From an uncultured Collinsella sp. (GTDB taxonomy: Bacteria; Actinomycetota; Coriobacteriia; Coriobacteriales; Coriobacteriaceae): a DNA stretch of 64,000 nucleotides. Below the pieces are notes generated by a model. That model ran no database searches. It worked only from the letters and a program-made list of their open reading frames with translations, and was not told the DNA's origin. A program made the translations under genes and the position numbers. Below, piece after piece: positions 49,088 through 57,572 of this stretch. The DNA lies in the NCBI GenBank assembly GCA_900554325.1, contig USHA01000001.1:5300-69299 (forward strand), in the 5' to 3' direction. Positions within the stretch are counted from its first letter, which is position 1. Every line of letters begins with the position of its first letter.

Positions 49088-49392
49088 CCTGCTCGGTATA
49101 TAGGGGGCGGCTCACCCAAACCGAGCAGGCTAACATGAGGTGGAGCGAGTTCACCAACGCAATGCGGCCGCCCAATCCAATGCTTGCCTATGGCATACTA
49201 GAAGGAGATACAGAGATAACCGATATGATTATCAGCGCCCTTGCCCAGCTATGCGCAGGCAACGTCGGCATCAATGGTGCGAACGTCGGAATTTCGTCGT
49301 TTGCGCTATTGATGGCGATAACGCACCTTTACGCCAAGTGCGTAAAGCGATTTTATTGTACCCAAAACGCTGCCTAGAAACACAGTCAAAGC
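49088..49392 (-). ncRNA. Putative DRT2 ncRNA with a 186-nt template region (ends approximate)
   Basis: Directly upstream of the RT; stems 49088-49097/49120-49129, 49139-49155, 49269-49314, 49327-49347; TGCCTA direct repeats. Confidence 0.75.
49185..49370 (+). other. Predicted cDNA repeat unit encoding a 62-aa Neo-like repeat
   Basis: 186 bp = 62 codons, stop-free when concatenated through TGCCTA. Confidence 0.7.
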
Positions 49393-49397
49393 GCTAA

Positions 49398-49427
49398 ACC
49401 CTAAACCGTGACACGACGCTTGAGCAA
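49398..49427 (-). promoter_or_regulatory. Candidate promoter for ncRNA-RT
   Basis: TTGCTC-N18-TAGGGT on the minus strand. Confidence 0.4.
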
Positions 49428-49573
49428 GACAATGTTGTTGAAACAGTTCGGCTCCATATTGTGATGAGCAGCACGCTCAAATAGTACCGCACCCCCCCTG
49501 CAACAATAAAAAGGAAGTGTTGCTCAACGCTGACGCCGATGAAGCTCTGCGGCCCGTCGCGGTAGTTAGCCAG

Positions 49574-50788
49574 CTATGCGACAACAACCTGTATTTCGCT
49601 GAGCGCACGCTCAGCTTGACGGGCCGCTTCATCCGCATCGAAACCTTTGCATACCACATGCCCAATCCGGTCATTGCTCGAATGGGGGGTCTCGATCGAA
49701 TCCCCAGGGGAGAGATAGATTTCGACCTCCTCGACCCCCTCCGCCTCGTGCACAGATTCGGGCACGTCGATAGTCCGCAGCGACCCCGCACGGCCCGCGG
49801 TGATGAAGCGGATCGCCGAACCGCGATGAAGCCTACGGGTGAAGTCAAACGGCAGGCCGAGAGCCGTCGCCACGGTGCCCTCTACGAAATCTATGCCTGT
49901 CGACAGCGGCACGAGCTTGGAGGTGATGAAGTCGCCGCCGAGGCGGGCCGCCATCTCGATGACCTTCGGACCGTCCTCTGTGAGCATGATCTCGGTGTGA
50001 GACGGCCCCGTGACGATACCGATGGCCTCGACGGTCCTCCTCGCCACCTCGCGGATGGCCTCCTGCGCCTCCACTGGAAGCCGCGACGGCTCGGAGTGGC
50101 CGAGTTCCACGAAATACGGCGGCTCGGTGGTCAGCTTGTCGGTAATAGCCAGAATTGTCGTTGCGCCGTTGACGGTCATGCCCTCCACGCTCACCTCACG
50201 GCCGGTGACACGCTGCTCGACCATGACGGTCCCCTTACGGGAGAAGCCGCGAAAGAGCTCAAAAAGCTCACCAACGGGTGCAGAGCGGTTATCGGGGGTG
50301 ATGAGCTTGACTCCGCGGCTGGCAGCGGAGTCAGCAGGCTTGGCGATGCAATCGTAGCCGAAGTGCTCAAGGGCGCTCGCGAACTCCTCGACGGTGTTGC
50401 ACACCCTGAACTCAGGCATCGGTACCCCGTGCTCCGCGAGCCTGGTCCGCATGGCGTCTTTCTGGGTGGCGCACACGGCGTCCTCGGACGAAATGCCCGT
50501 CGGAAGCCCCAGGCGCTCCGAGACGATCGCGGCGACCCTCACGGGCGCATCGCTGGTGGAGGTGATCACGAAGTCGGCTCCTTCCCTGCGAGCCAGGCTC
50601 TCCACGGCCTCGACGTCGAGCGTGCTCGTAAGCGAGAAAGCGTCGGCGACACGGGCGCCCGGCGCATCGGGGTCGTAGTCCGCGCACACCACCCGGAAGC
50701 CGAGTCTCTGCGCCGCCTCGATGGCGGGCAGCTGCAGCCGACTCCCCCCGAGCATCACGACGGTTCCTCGTTTCTCCCTTTGATTCAT
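49574..50788 (-). CDS. ATP-grasp domain ligase
   Basis: KDAMR, KPADSAASRGV, EVSVEG, HTE, IEMAARLGGD. Confidence 0.88.
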   Translation of the reverse strand: MNQREKRGTVVMLGGSRLQLPAIEAAQRLGFRVVCADYDPDAPGARVADAFSLTSTLDVEAVESLARREGADFVITSTSDAPVRVAAIVSERLGLPTGISSEDAVCATQKDAMRTRLAEHGVPMPEFRVCNTVEEFASALEHFGYDCIAKPADSAASRGVKLITPDNRSAPVGELFELFRGFSRKGTVMVEQRVTGREVSVEGMTVNGATTILAITDKLTTEPPYFVELGHSEPSRLPVEAQEAIREVARRTVEAIGIVTGPSHTEIMLTEDGPKVIEMAARLGGDFITSKLVPLSTGIDFVEGTVATALGLPFDFTRRLHRGSAIRFITAGRAGSLRTIDVPESVHEAEGVEEVEIYLSPGDSIETPHSSNDRIGHVVCKGFDADEAARQAERALSEIQVVVA

Positions 50789-51837
50789 AGCCGCATTATC
50801 TCCTTCGCTATCTTCTCCGCCCCGAGCCCGTCGATGAGGCCGTGGGCGCGCCTCGCCAAAGCTGCAGTGCACACGGGATCGGAGGCCAGGCCGGCAAGGC
50901 GGTCGATGCATGCCGCCGCTGTCCGGGACACGTCTTCCCCCACCGGCCCGCAATACTCGATGGCACCGAGGCGCGCGAGGGACTCGGCGCTCGCAACCTG
51001 CTCCTCGACCATAGAGAACGCCACCGTCGGCAGCCCCGCGGCGGCCAATTCATATACGGTCGTCCCGTTGGCCGAGACGGCAGCATCGCAACGGGCCATG
51101 AGGTCAGCCATGTCGGACACCGCACGCATCACATCCACGCGGCGACTCTCGGAGGCGATTCGCTCAACCGTCGAGGCGGCATCATCCGCCACCATTCCGC
51201 CCACAACGACGTCAAACCCAACCCCGTCGAGCCGGGCGTCATCGAGGACGGCTGCGAGGAAGGCAGGCAGGAACCCGAAGGGATCGGTACTGCCCGTCGT
51301 GACCAGAACCCTGGAGATGGACCCCTCGCGCTCGCGGTGCACCTCGTTGAAGCGCGCCCCCAGCGGGGCGTAACCGGGACCGAGAAGGAGCCGCGTCCCA
51401 CGCGGCCCGTATGTGCGCCCGTAGAACCCCTCGTCGACGTCGGTGGAGTAGTTCGCGATGAGCGAGAGGGAGCCGAGATCGCCGCCCTTGCTGCCCAGGT
51501 AGCAAACCTTCGCATGGGGAGACAATCTGTCGACATACCCGGAGGTGACGGCATATGTGTCGACGAGCACGACGGGATCATTCTGCCCATCGCAAAGCCC
51601 GCATAGGACCTTGGAGCCCTCGGCGAGCTCTCGCCAATCGGTACCGAGCACGCGAGCAGCGAAGCCGCGGCCCCCGATGACGTCAACCGGCCCTTCATCA
51701 GAGAGGACGAACTCCACGTCTGCGCCGAATCCCGCTAAGGCGTCCGCTAGGGACAGGCAGCGCATCACGTGACCACCGGAAATAGCCGGGTTCGCATCCG
51801 TCCGAATGTATATCTTCCTATGAAAAGAGCCTTGCAT
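50785..51837 (-). CDS. pseG: UDP-2,4-diacetamido-2,4,6-trideoxy-beta-L-altropyranose hydrolase-like
   Basis: IRTDA...GGHVMRCLSLA, VDTY, GSTDP, SANGTTVYEL; cluster context. Confidence 0.8.
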   Translation of the reverse strand: MQGSFHRKIYIRTDANPAISGGHVMRCLSLADALAGFGADVEFVLSDEGPVDVIGGRGFAARVLGTDWRELAEGSKVLCGLCDGQNDPVVLVDTYAVTSGYVDRLSPHAKVCYLGSKGGDLGSLSLIANYSTDVDEGFYGRTYGPRGTRLLLGPGYAPLGARFNEVHREREGSISRVLVTTGSTDPFGFLPAFLAAVLDDARLDGVGFDVVVGGMVADDAASTVERIASESRRVDVMRAVSDMADLMARCDAAVSANGTTVYELAAAGLPTVAFSMVEEQVASAESLARLGAIEYCGPVGEDVSRTAAACIDRLAGLASDPVCTAALARRAHGLIDGLGAEKIAKEIMRL

Positions 51838-52816
51838 GCTCTCCCCTCTCAAGCTCTCTGCGATAATCTTCCATCAGAACGTAAGGGTCGCCGTAAAGCG
51901 GTCTGAAGCCGAGCTCCTCTTTGATCTTCGTGTTGTCCATCCTTGGGAAAGAGCCGTTGTTTGGCCTACTCGGATCAGACGAGACTTCTGACTCTCCGCA
52001 CTCGCCGGCAAAGGCCCTGGCGGTCGCTTCGGCGAGTTCCAAGATTGAGAAATTCTCATCGTAGGAAACATTATAGAGACCTTGGCCATCGCTGCTCTCC
52101 AGTGCATCCGCGATAGCACGCGCCATGTCTTTCACATATAGGACGTCCTTTGGGGTGTCGGGATCGCCGAATACGGTAATCTCCTCCCCGATTGCCGCGC
52201 GCTCCATAAATATCTGAAGGCCCGATTTAATCACGACACCGTCTTTTGCAAAAGAGCCGTGTGGACCGACTCCGTATATCGACGGGATCCTCAGCCATAT
52301 GTTCTTCATGCCGTAGCGCTCGTTATAGTAGCGGAGCATCTCCGCCTTCTCGTTATTGCTCACAACGTATGCGGCGTGATCATCTGTATACGAGAACATC
52401 GGTCGAGTCTCTTCCGTTATGATCGCCTCTGCAGGATACAGCCTGCAGTCAAACCGCGACACGATGTCAACGAGTCGGTTTACCCCGTGCCCGCGCAGCC
52501 AGTTGAGAAGATTGATGGTGCCGACAACGTTGGTCTGGATGAAATCTGCGATGTCCTCTGATTCCGAGTCCTTCTCGATATTGGCAGGCATTCGGGCGGC
52601 AAGGGACACCGCGGCATCGATCTTCCAGCCGTCAAGCGCGCTCAAAGTCCCAGGCTCAACCATATCCACCATCACGTATGGCACACCGAGTCTCTCGTAA
52701 TGGGCCTTAAAGTTCTGATTTCTGCCAGTTGCTATAACCTCATGTCCGCGAGCGAGTAGCTCGTCAACCGCATACACGCCGATAAAACTCGAACCGCCAA
52801 TCACCAGAAATCTCAT
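51818..52816 (-). CDS. NAD-dependent epimerase/dehydratase
   Basis: GGSSFIG; catalytic YxxxK appears as YVVSN. Confidence 0.85.
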   Translation of the reverse strand: MRFLVIGGSSFIGVYAVDELLARGHEVIATGRNQNFKAHYERLGVPYVMVDMVEPGTLSALDGWKIDAAVSLAARMPANIEKDSESEDIADFIQTNVVGTINLLNWLRGHGVNRLVDIVSRFDCRLYPAEAIITEETRPMFSYTDDHAAYVVSNNEKAEMLRYYNERYGMKNIWLRIPSIYGVGPHGSFAKDGVVIKSGLQIFMERAAIGEEITVFGDPDTPKDVLYVKDMARAIADALESSDGQGLYNVSYDENFSILELAEATARAFAGECGESEVSSDPSRPNNGSFPRMDNTKIKEELGFRPLYGDPYVLMEDYRRELERGEHARLFS

Positions 52817-52872
52817 GTTAAGCCACCTTTCTCGAACTCACACAGGAGAAGATCGGCTCAACAATGACTACG

Positions 52873-53910
52873 TTAGCGAGCCACCCCCCCGCCGTCGCTT
52901 GCACAGAACAGTTCCGGCATCACGCCGCGCTCTTCCTCGCATTTCCAGTCCGCCATCAAATCGCGGAAGTCGGCAAACCTGGGCTCGTAACCGAAATCGC
53001 GTCGAGCGCGGGAGATGTCGAAGGAGTACGGGCGTATGCCGTTGCCCCTGGAGCTGTCGACACGCACCTCAGAGGTGCCGTCGGCGCCCGCGAAGACCCC
53101 AGCGATCGCCTCGGCCTGCTCACGGAGGGAGACCGGCCGTCCTGACCCGATGTTGTACAGGCCCTCCGCGACATCGCTGCCGCCAGCACGGACGAAGGCC
53201 TGCGCGACGTCCTTCACGCTCACGATGTCGCGCTTCGCGCCGTCGGCATCGCCGAAGACCGTGATGGGCTCGCCGGACTTGGCCTTGTCGACGAATATGC
53301 CGATCCCGGACCTCCTCACCGCGCCATTGACGCGAAGGGACCCGTGGGGCCCGCAACCGTAGACGGGAGGGAGCCGGAAGACGCAGTTCCTCATCCCGTA
53401 CTGCTCGTTGTAATAGAAGAGGAGGTCGGCGGAGGCGTTCTTCGAGATGACGTAGGCCGCATGGTCTCCGCTCAGCCTGAAATCGCGCGGCCAGTCCTCT
53501 CGGACGGGGGCCGAGGGGCTCCAGCGGTTCTGCACGTCCGCGTAGGAGGTCGTCGACACGATGCGCCCCACGCCGACCCCACGCGCCCACTCGAGCAGAT
53601 AAGCCGTCCCCAGGGCGTTCGTCCGGATGTACTCGGCGGCGTCGTCCTCGCTGGAAAGGTTGAAATCCGAGTTCGCTGGCAGCCTGCCCGCGAGATGCGC
53701 GACGAAGTCGACGTCTTGAGGTAGCTCGCCGAACCCCGAGGGGTCGTCTAGGTCAAACGGACGGTACTCGACGCCCAGCCGCCGGTAGTGGTCGGCGAAG
53801 CGCCGGTTCCTCCCCGTACCGACCACGGAATAGCCAGCCTCCAAAAGAGCATCCACCACGTAGGCGCCTATGAAGCTCGACGCCCCTATGACGAGACATT
53901 TCTTAGCCAA
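52873..53910 (-). CDS. NAD-dependent epimerase/dehydratase
   Basis: GASSFIG, YVISK. Confidence 0.87.
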   Translation of the reverse strand: MAKKCLVIGASSFIGAYVVDALLEAGYSVVGTGRNRRFADHYRRLGVEYRPFDLDDPSGFGELPQDVDFVAHLAGRLPANSDFNLSSEDDAAEYIRTNALGTAYLLEWARGVGVGRIVSTTSYADVQNRWSPSAPVREDWPRDFRLSGDHAAYVISKNASADLLFYYNEQYGMRNCVFRLPPVYGCGPHGSLRVNGAVRRSGIGIFVDKAKSGEPITVFGDADGAKRDIVSVKDVAQAFVRAGGSDVAEGLYNIGSGRPVSLREQAEAIAGVFAGADGTSEVRVDSSRGNGIRPYSFDISRARRDFGYEPRFADFRDLMADWKCEEERGVMPELFCASDGGGVAR

Positions 53911-53939
53911 AACGGCCTCCTTCCAACATGGCGAAAGTA

Positions 53940-54971
53940 CTACAGGTCCGCCGCAGTAATCGGCTCGCCGAACTTGATCTCGCGCTTCGCGGCGCGCCCC
54001 AGAAGATCATCGAGGTGCTTAGGTGCGAGGCCGTGCGCCGGGCGGATGCTGCGAACGTTCTCGCTCGTGAACTTCTCTCCGGGCGCGATGTCCCTCACTG
54101 CGTAGAGGGAGCGGCGGCCGGCGAGGCCCCTCTCCTCCCTCTCGGAGCGCTCGTACGTCACCCGCCCGACGGATGCCTTCGCGCGGCGCACGTCGCGGAC
54201 CATAGCGCTGAACTCAGCCGGTTCCATAGAGAACTCCGAGTCCACGGTCTTCTGCTTGCGGGAGATGCAGTAGTGCTTCTCTATGACGCTCGCGCCCAGC
54301 GTGGCGGCGGCGACATCGACACCCCAGCCCATCGAATGATCGGAGAGGCCCACCGCGCAGCCGAAGCGGGCGCCCATGTCGGCCATCGTCGCGATGTTCA
54401 TGTCCTCGTACACGGCGGGGTACTCGCTCGTGCACTTCAGGAGCACAATCCGCTCGTTGCCCACGGAGCGGCACGCCTCCACGGCGTCGGCAATCTCGTC
54501 GATGCCGCCCATCCCGCAGGAGATGACCATCGGCTTGCCCTTCGAGGCGGCGTAGCGTATGAGCGGCACGTCGACGAGCTCGGGGGATGCGATCTTGTAC
54601 ATCTCGCAACCAATGGACTCGAGGAAGTCGACGGAGGTGGGGTCGAAGACCGAGGAGAGGAAGTCCATCCCCAGCCGCTCGCATTCCTCCTTGATCTCGG
54701 CCTGCCACTCCCAGGGGGTGTGCGCCTCCTCGTACAGGTCGTAAAGGGTGCGCCCCTCCCAGAGACCGCCCGGCGTGGTCTGGAAGTCGGGGGAATCGCA
54801 GTCGATGGTGATCGTGTCGGCGGTGAAGGTCTGCAGCTTCAGGCAATCTGCCCCCGCCTCTGCGGCCGAGCGGACGATCTCCATCGCCTTGTCCACGCTG
54901 CCGCCGTGGTTCCCGCTCATCTCCGCAATGAAATATACCTCACCGCGCTCAATGGTCTCAAATAGCTTCAT
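53940..54971 (-). CDS. pseI: Pseudaminic acid synthase
   Basis: IAEMSGNHGG, KLQTFTADTITID, AHTPWEW, LKCTSEYPA, GLSDH, SAF domain. Confidence 0.9.
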   Translation of the reverse strand: MKLFETIERGEVYFIAEMSGNHGGSVDKAMEIVRSAAEAGADCLKLQTFTADTITIDCDSPDFQTTPGGLWEGRTLYDLYEEAHTPWEWQAEIKEECERLGMDFLSSVFDPTSVDFLESIGCEMYKIASPELVDVPLIRYAASKGKPMVISCGMGGIDEIADAVEACRSVGNERIVLLKCTSEYPAVYEDMNIATMADMGARFGCAVGLSDHSMGWGVDVAAATLGASVIEKHYCISRKQKTVDSEFSMEPAEFSAMVRDVRRAKASVGRVTYERSEREERGLAGRRSLYAVRDIAPGEKFTSENVRSIRPAHGLAPKHLDDLLGRAAKREIKFGEPITAADL

Positions 54972-54975
54972 ATCC

Positions 54976-55668
54976 TCAATCCTCCTGAATCATTGACAGG
55001 TACTTCTGCTCCGCGATCTCCCAATCCTCGAGCGTGTCGATGTCCTGGACGTACTTGCTCGGGATACGAAGCGCGCGAGTCCGCTCGGTGATAAAGCTGC
55101 CGCTCCTTTTGAAGGCCTCGGTGTTGGCGAAGTAGAAGCGCCCACAGTCATGGACCATCTCGGGGAGGTCCTGGCTCCGGGCCTGGGCGTATTCCGGGAA
55201 CGCGTACCCGACAGACCCATCCTCCCCGACCTTGAACCCGCGAAGCGGGGGGAAATCGAAGGAGGTCACCGGGATCACCGAGCTCGCTCCTCCATCCAGT
55301 ATCGACGCGGCCTCCCGCAGTTCGGACGCTCTCACGAAGGGTGCGGTGGGATAGAGGCAGCATATCGTATCAAAAGAGGCCCCCCTCCTTTGATACTCAT
55401 CAAGCACCTCGCACAGCACGTCGGCCGTGGTAGCGTAGTCGCTGCTCGCCGCCTCGCTTCGCATGAACGGAACCTCGGCGCCGCATCCGCGCGACACCTC
55501 CGCGATCTCGTCGTCGTCGGTCGAGACCATCACCGTGTCGAAGACACCGCTCGCGAGGGCGGCCTCTATGGAGTAGGCGATGATCGATTTGCCGCAGAAC
55601 TCCTTGATGTTCTTGCGCGGGACGCGCTTGGAGCCGCCGCGCGCCGTTATTATGCAGATGCTAGTCAT
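54976..55668 (-). CDS. pseF: Pseudaminic acid cytidylyltransferase
   Basis: ARGGSKRVPRKNIKEF, VSTDD, LYPTAPF, QDIDTLEDW. Confidence 0.88.
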   Translation of the reverse strand: MTSICIITARGGSKRVPRKNIKEFCGKSIIAYSIEAALASGVFDTVMVSTDDDEIAEVSRGCGAEVPFMRSEAASSDYATTADVLCEVLDEYQRRGASFDTICCLYPTAPFVRASELREAASILDGGASSVIPVTSFDFPPLRGFKVGEDGSVGYAFPEYAQARSQDLPEMVHDCGRFYFANTEAFKRSGSFITERTRALRIPSKYVQDIDTLEDWEIAEQKYLSMIQED

Positions 55669-56335
55669 AGAAGAACACCCCGTTTGCATGGGAATCTACG
55701 GCAGCCTTCCGGTTTTCCTTGATGACGAGGTTCGGGCTCTCTCCGAAGACGATGGAGTTGCTCGGAACGTCTTGGTCCTTTATGCAGGCGTTGGCCCCGA
55801 TGATTACGTTATCGCCGATGCGACAGCCCCCGACGACCTTGCTGTCGCTCATCATGAAGACGCGTTTACCGAATCTGGGGTAGACGCCGTTGTTGTTGCC
55901 AACGGTGCAGCCCTGCGAGAACGTGAAGTAGTCTGCGTACTCAGCGCGCCCCATAACGGCACCAAGAGGATGGTCGAAAGTGAAGATATCGGGCAGCTCG
56001 ACCTCGTAATACAGGTCTGCGGAACTAAGGGCCCGATTCAGCGCATAGATCTTATCGCACACGGAGCGCACCCCCCCCCCCCGGTGGTGAATCTCGTTGG
56101 ATAGGGTGTAGAGGAAATGGGCCCACTGGCATCCGTGCAAGGGATCAAAGATCACCTCTCCATCACGACTGTAGTACTTGTTCTTGATACGGATGAAGCG
56201 CTCCTCGAGCCTGCCCAAGGTTGCTGTCCAGGCGTCATCGATAGCCTCGCGCTCCGCATCGCTCAACGGAAAAAGACTCACGATCTGTCTTACGAGCTGA
56301 GCCCTCACCTCAGTCTCGGACGCCATGAGCCTCAT
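55661..56335 (-). CDS. Hexapeptide-repeat (serine acetyltransferase-like) acyltransferase containing a G12 tract
   Basis: FDHPLGAVMGRA, QGCTVG, IGDNVIIGANA. Confidence 0.8.
   Translation of the reverse strand: MRLMASETEVRAQLVRQIVSLFPLSDAEREAIDDAWTATLGRLEERFIRIKNKYYSRDGEVIFDPLHGCQWAHFLYTLSNEIHHRGGGVRSVCDKIYALNRALSSADLYYEVELPDIFTFDHPLGAVMGRAEYADYFTFSQGCTVGNNNGVYPRFGKRVFMMSDSKVVGGCRIGDNVIIGANACIKDQDVPSNSIVFGESPNLVIKENRKAAVDSHANGVFFYD
56071..56082 (-). repeat. G12 homopolymer in coding sequence
   Basis: 12 consecutive C on the + strand; encodes R-G-G-G-V. Confidence 0.9.
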
Positions 56336-57543
56336 CGTCTCGTCCCCTTGTTGGCGCGGCACCACTCGACGACCTTCGTCACGGCGTCGACAACGAGCTG
56401 CGCGTCGTCGTCGGTGAGGCCGCAGTGCAACGGCAGCGTCACGCAGCGATCGTAGTAGTCCTCGGCGTTGGGGCATTCGCCGCGGCCATGCCCCAGGTCC
56501 TTGTAGTAGGGCAGCAGGTACACGGGCAGGTAGTGAACGTTCACCCCCAGGTTCTCCGCGCGCAGCGCATCGAAGATCCAGCGACGGGTGACGCCCAGGG
56601 CATCAGTGTCGAACTTCAAGCAGTACAGGTGCCGCACCGTATCCTCGGGGGTCGCATCGATTTGGAACTGCACCTCAGGGATCTCGGAGAAACGCTCGTT
56701 GTAGAAGGCCACGAGCTCCTTGCGACGGGTCCCGAACTGCCCGAGGCGCTCCATCTGGCTCACGCCCAGCGAAGCTTCGATGTCGCTGATGCGGTAGTTG
56801 TAGCCCAAGACGAGCTGCTCGTAGTACCAGCCGCCTTGGTCCTTCTCGCGCATGAACCCATGATCGCGCGTGATGCCGTGCTTGGCGTAAAGCTCCACCA
56901 TCTTGCCCAGCTCGGAGTCGTTGGTAGCCACCGCACCGCCCTCGCCGGTGGTTATGGTCTTCACCGGATGGAAGCTAAACGTCGTGATGTCCGCGATGGA
57001 ACCCACGGCGCGGCCGTCATGACGCGTACCGATGGAATGGGCTGCGTCCTCGATGAATGTCAGCCCGTTCTCATCGCAGATCTTGCGGATCTCATCGGAA
57101 TCGACATGCACGCCGCCGAAGTCCACCGCCACGATCGCCCTCGTCTTGTCGGTCAGCTTCTCACGGATCGACGTGGGGTCGATGTTCCAGGTGCCGGGGT
57201 CGATGTCGGCGAACACCGGGGTCGCGCCGCAGTAGCGCACGCAGTTGGCGGAGGCGGCAAAGGTGATGGGCGACACGATCACCTCGTCGCCGGGCTTGAT
57301 CCCGGCGGCCAGGCACGCCACATGCAGCGCTGCGGTGCCGTTGGCCACCGCTGTCACGAACTTGGCGCCGGTCGCCGCCTTGATGGACTCCTCGAAGGCC
57401 TCTGTCGCGGGACCGCAGGTAAGATAGTCGCCGCGAAGGCAATCGACCACCGCTTTGATGTCGTCCTCGTTGATGTCCTGATGGCCGTAGCCCAGAACCC
57501 TTGAACTGGTAGGCGTCCCGCCGTTGATTGCGAGCTCTTCCAT
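56332..57543 (-). CDS. pseC: UDP-4-amino-4,6-dideoxy-N-acetyl-beta-L-altrosamine transaminase
   Basis: YGHQDI, NGTAALH, EDAAHS, FSFHPVKTITTGEGG, GYNYR. Confidence 0.88.
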   Translation of the reverse strand: MEELAINGGTPTSSRVLGYGHQDINEDDIKAVVDCLRGDYLTCGPATEAFEESIKAATGAKFVTAVANGTAALHVACLAAGIKPGDEVIVSPITFAASANCVRYCGATPVFADIDPGTWNIDPTSIREKLTDKTRAIVAVDFGGVHVDSDEIRKICDENGLTFIEDAAHSIGTRHDGRAVGSIADITTFSFHPVKTITTGEGGAVATNDSELGKMVELYAKHGITRDHGFMREKDQGGWYYEQLVLGYNYRISDIEASLGVSQMERLGQFGTRRKELVAFYNERFSEIPEVQFQIDATPEDTVRHLYCLKFDTDALGVTRRWIFDALRAENLGVNVHYLPVYLLPYYKDLGHGRGECPNAEDYYDRCVTLPLHCGLTDDDAQLVVDAVTKVVEWCRANKGTRR

Positions 57544-57572
57544 GTTAAACCTCCTGTCTGATCGCCATTCCG

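Noticed and set aside
49357..49359. ACA (TGT on +) as the template-jump site
   Set aside because: No second ACA at the other end of the template; it lies inside the predicted -35 element.
49135..49377. 80-aa ORF as an ordinary small gene
   Set aside because: It is antisense to the RT leader, has no clear RBS or -35 in the linear genome, and is better explained as the repeat template.
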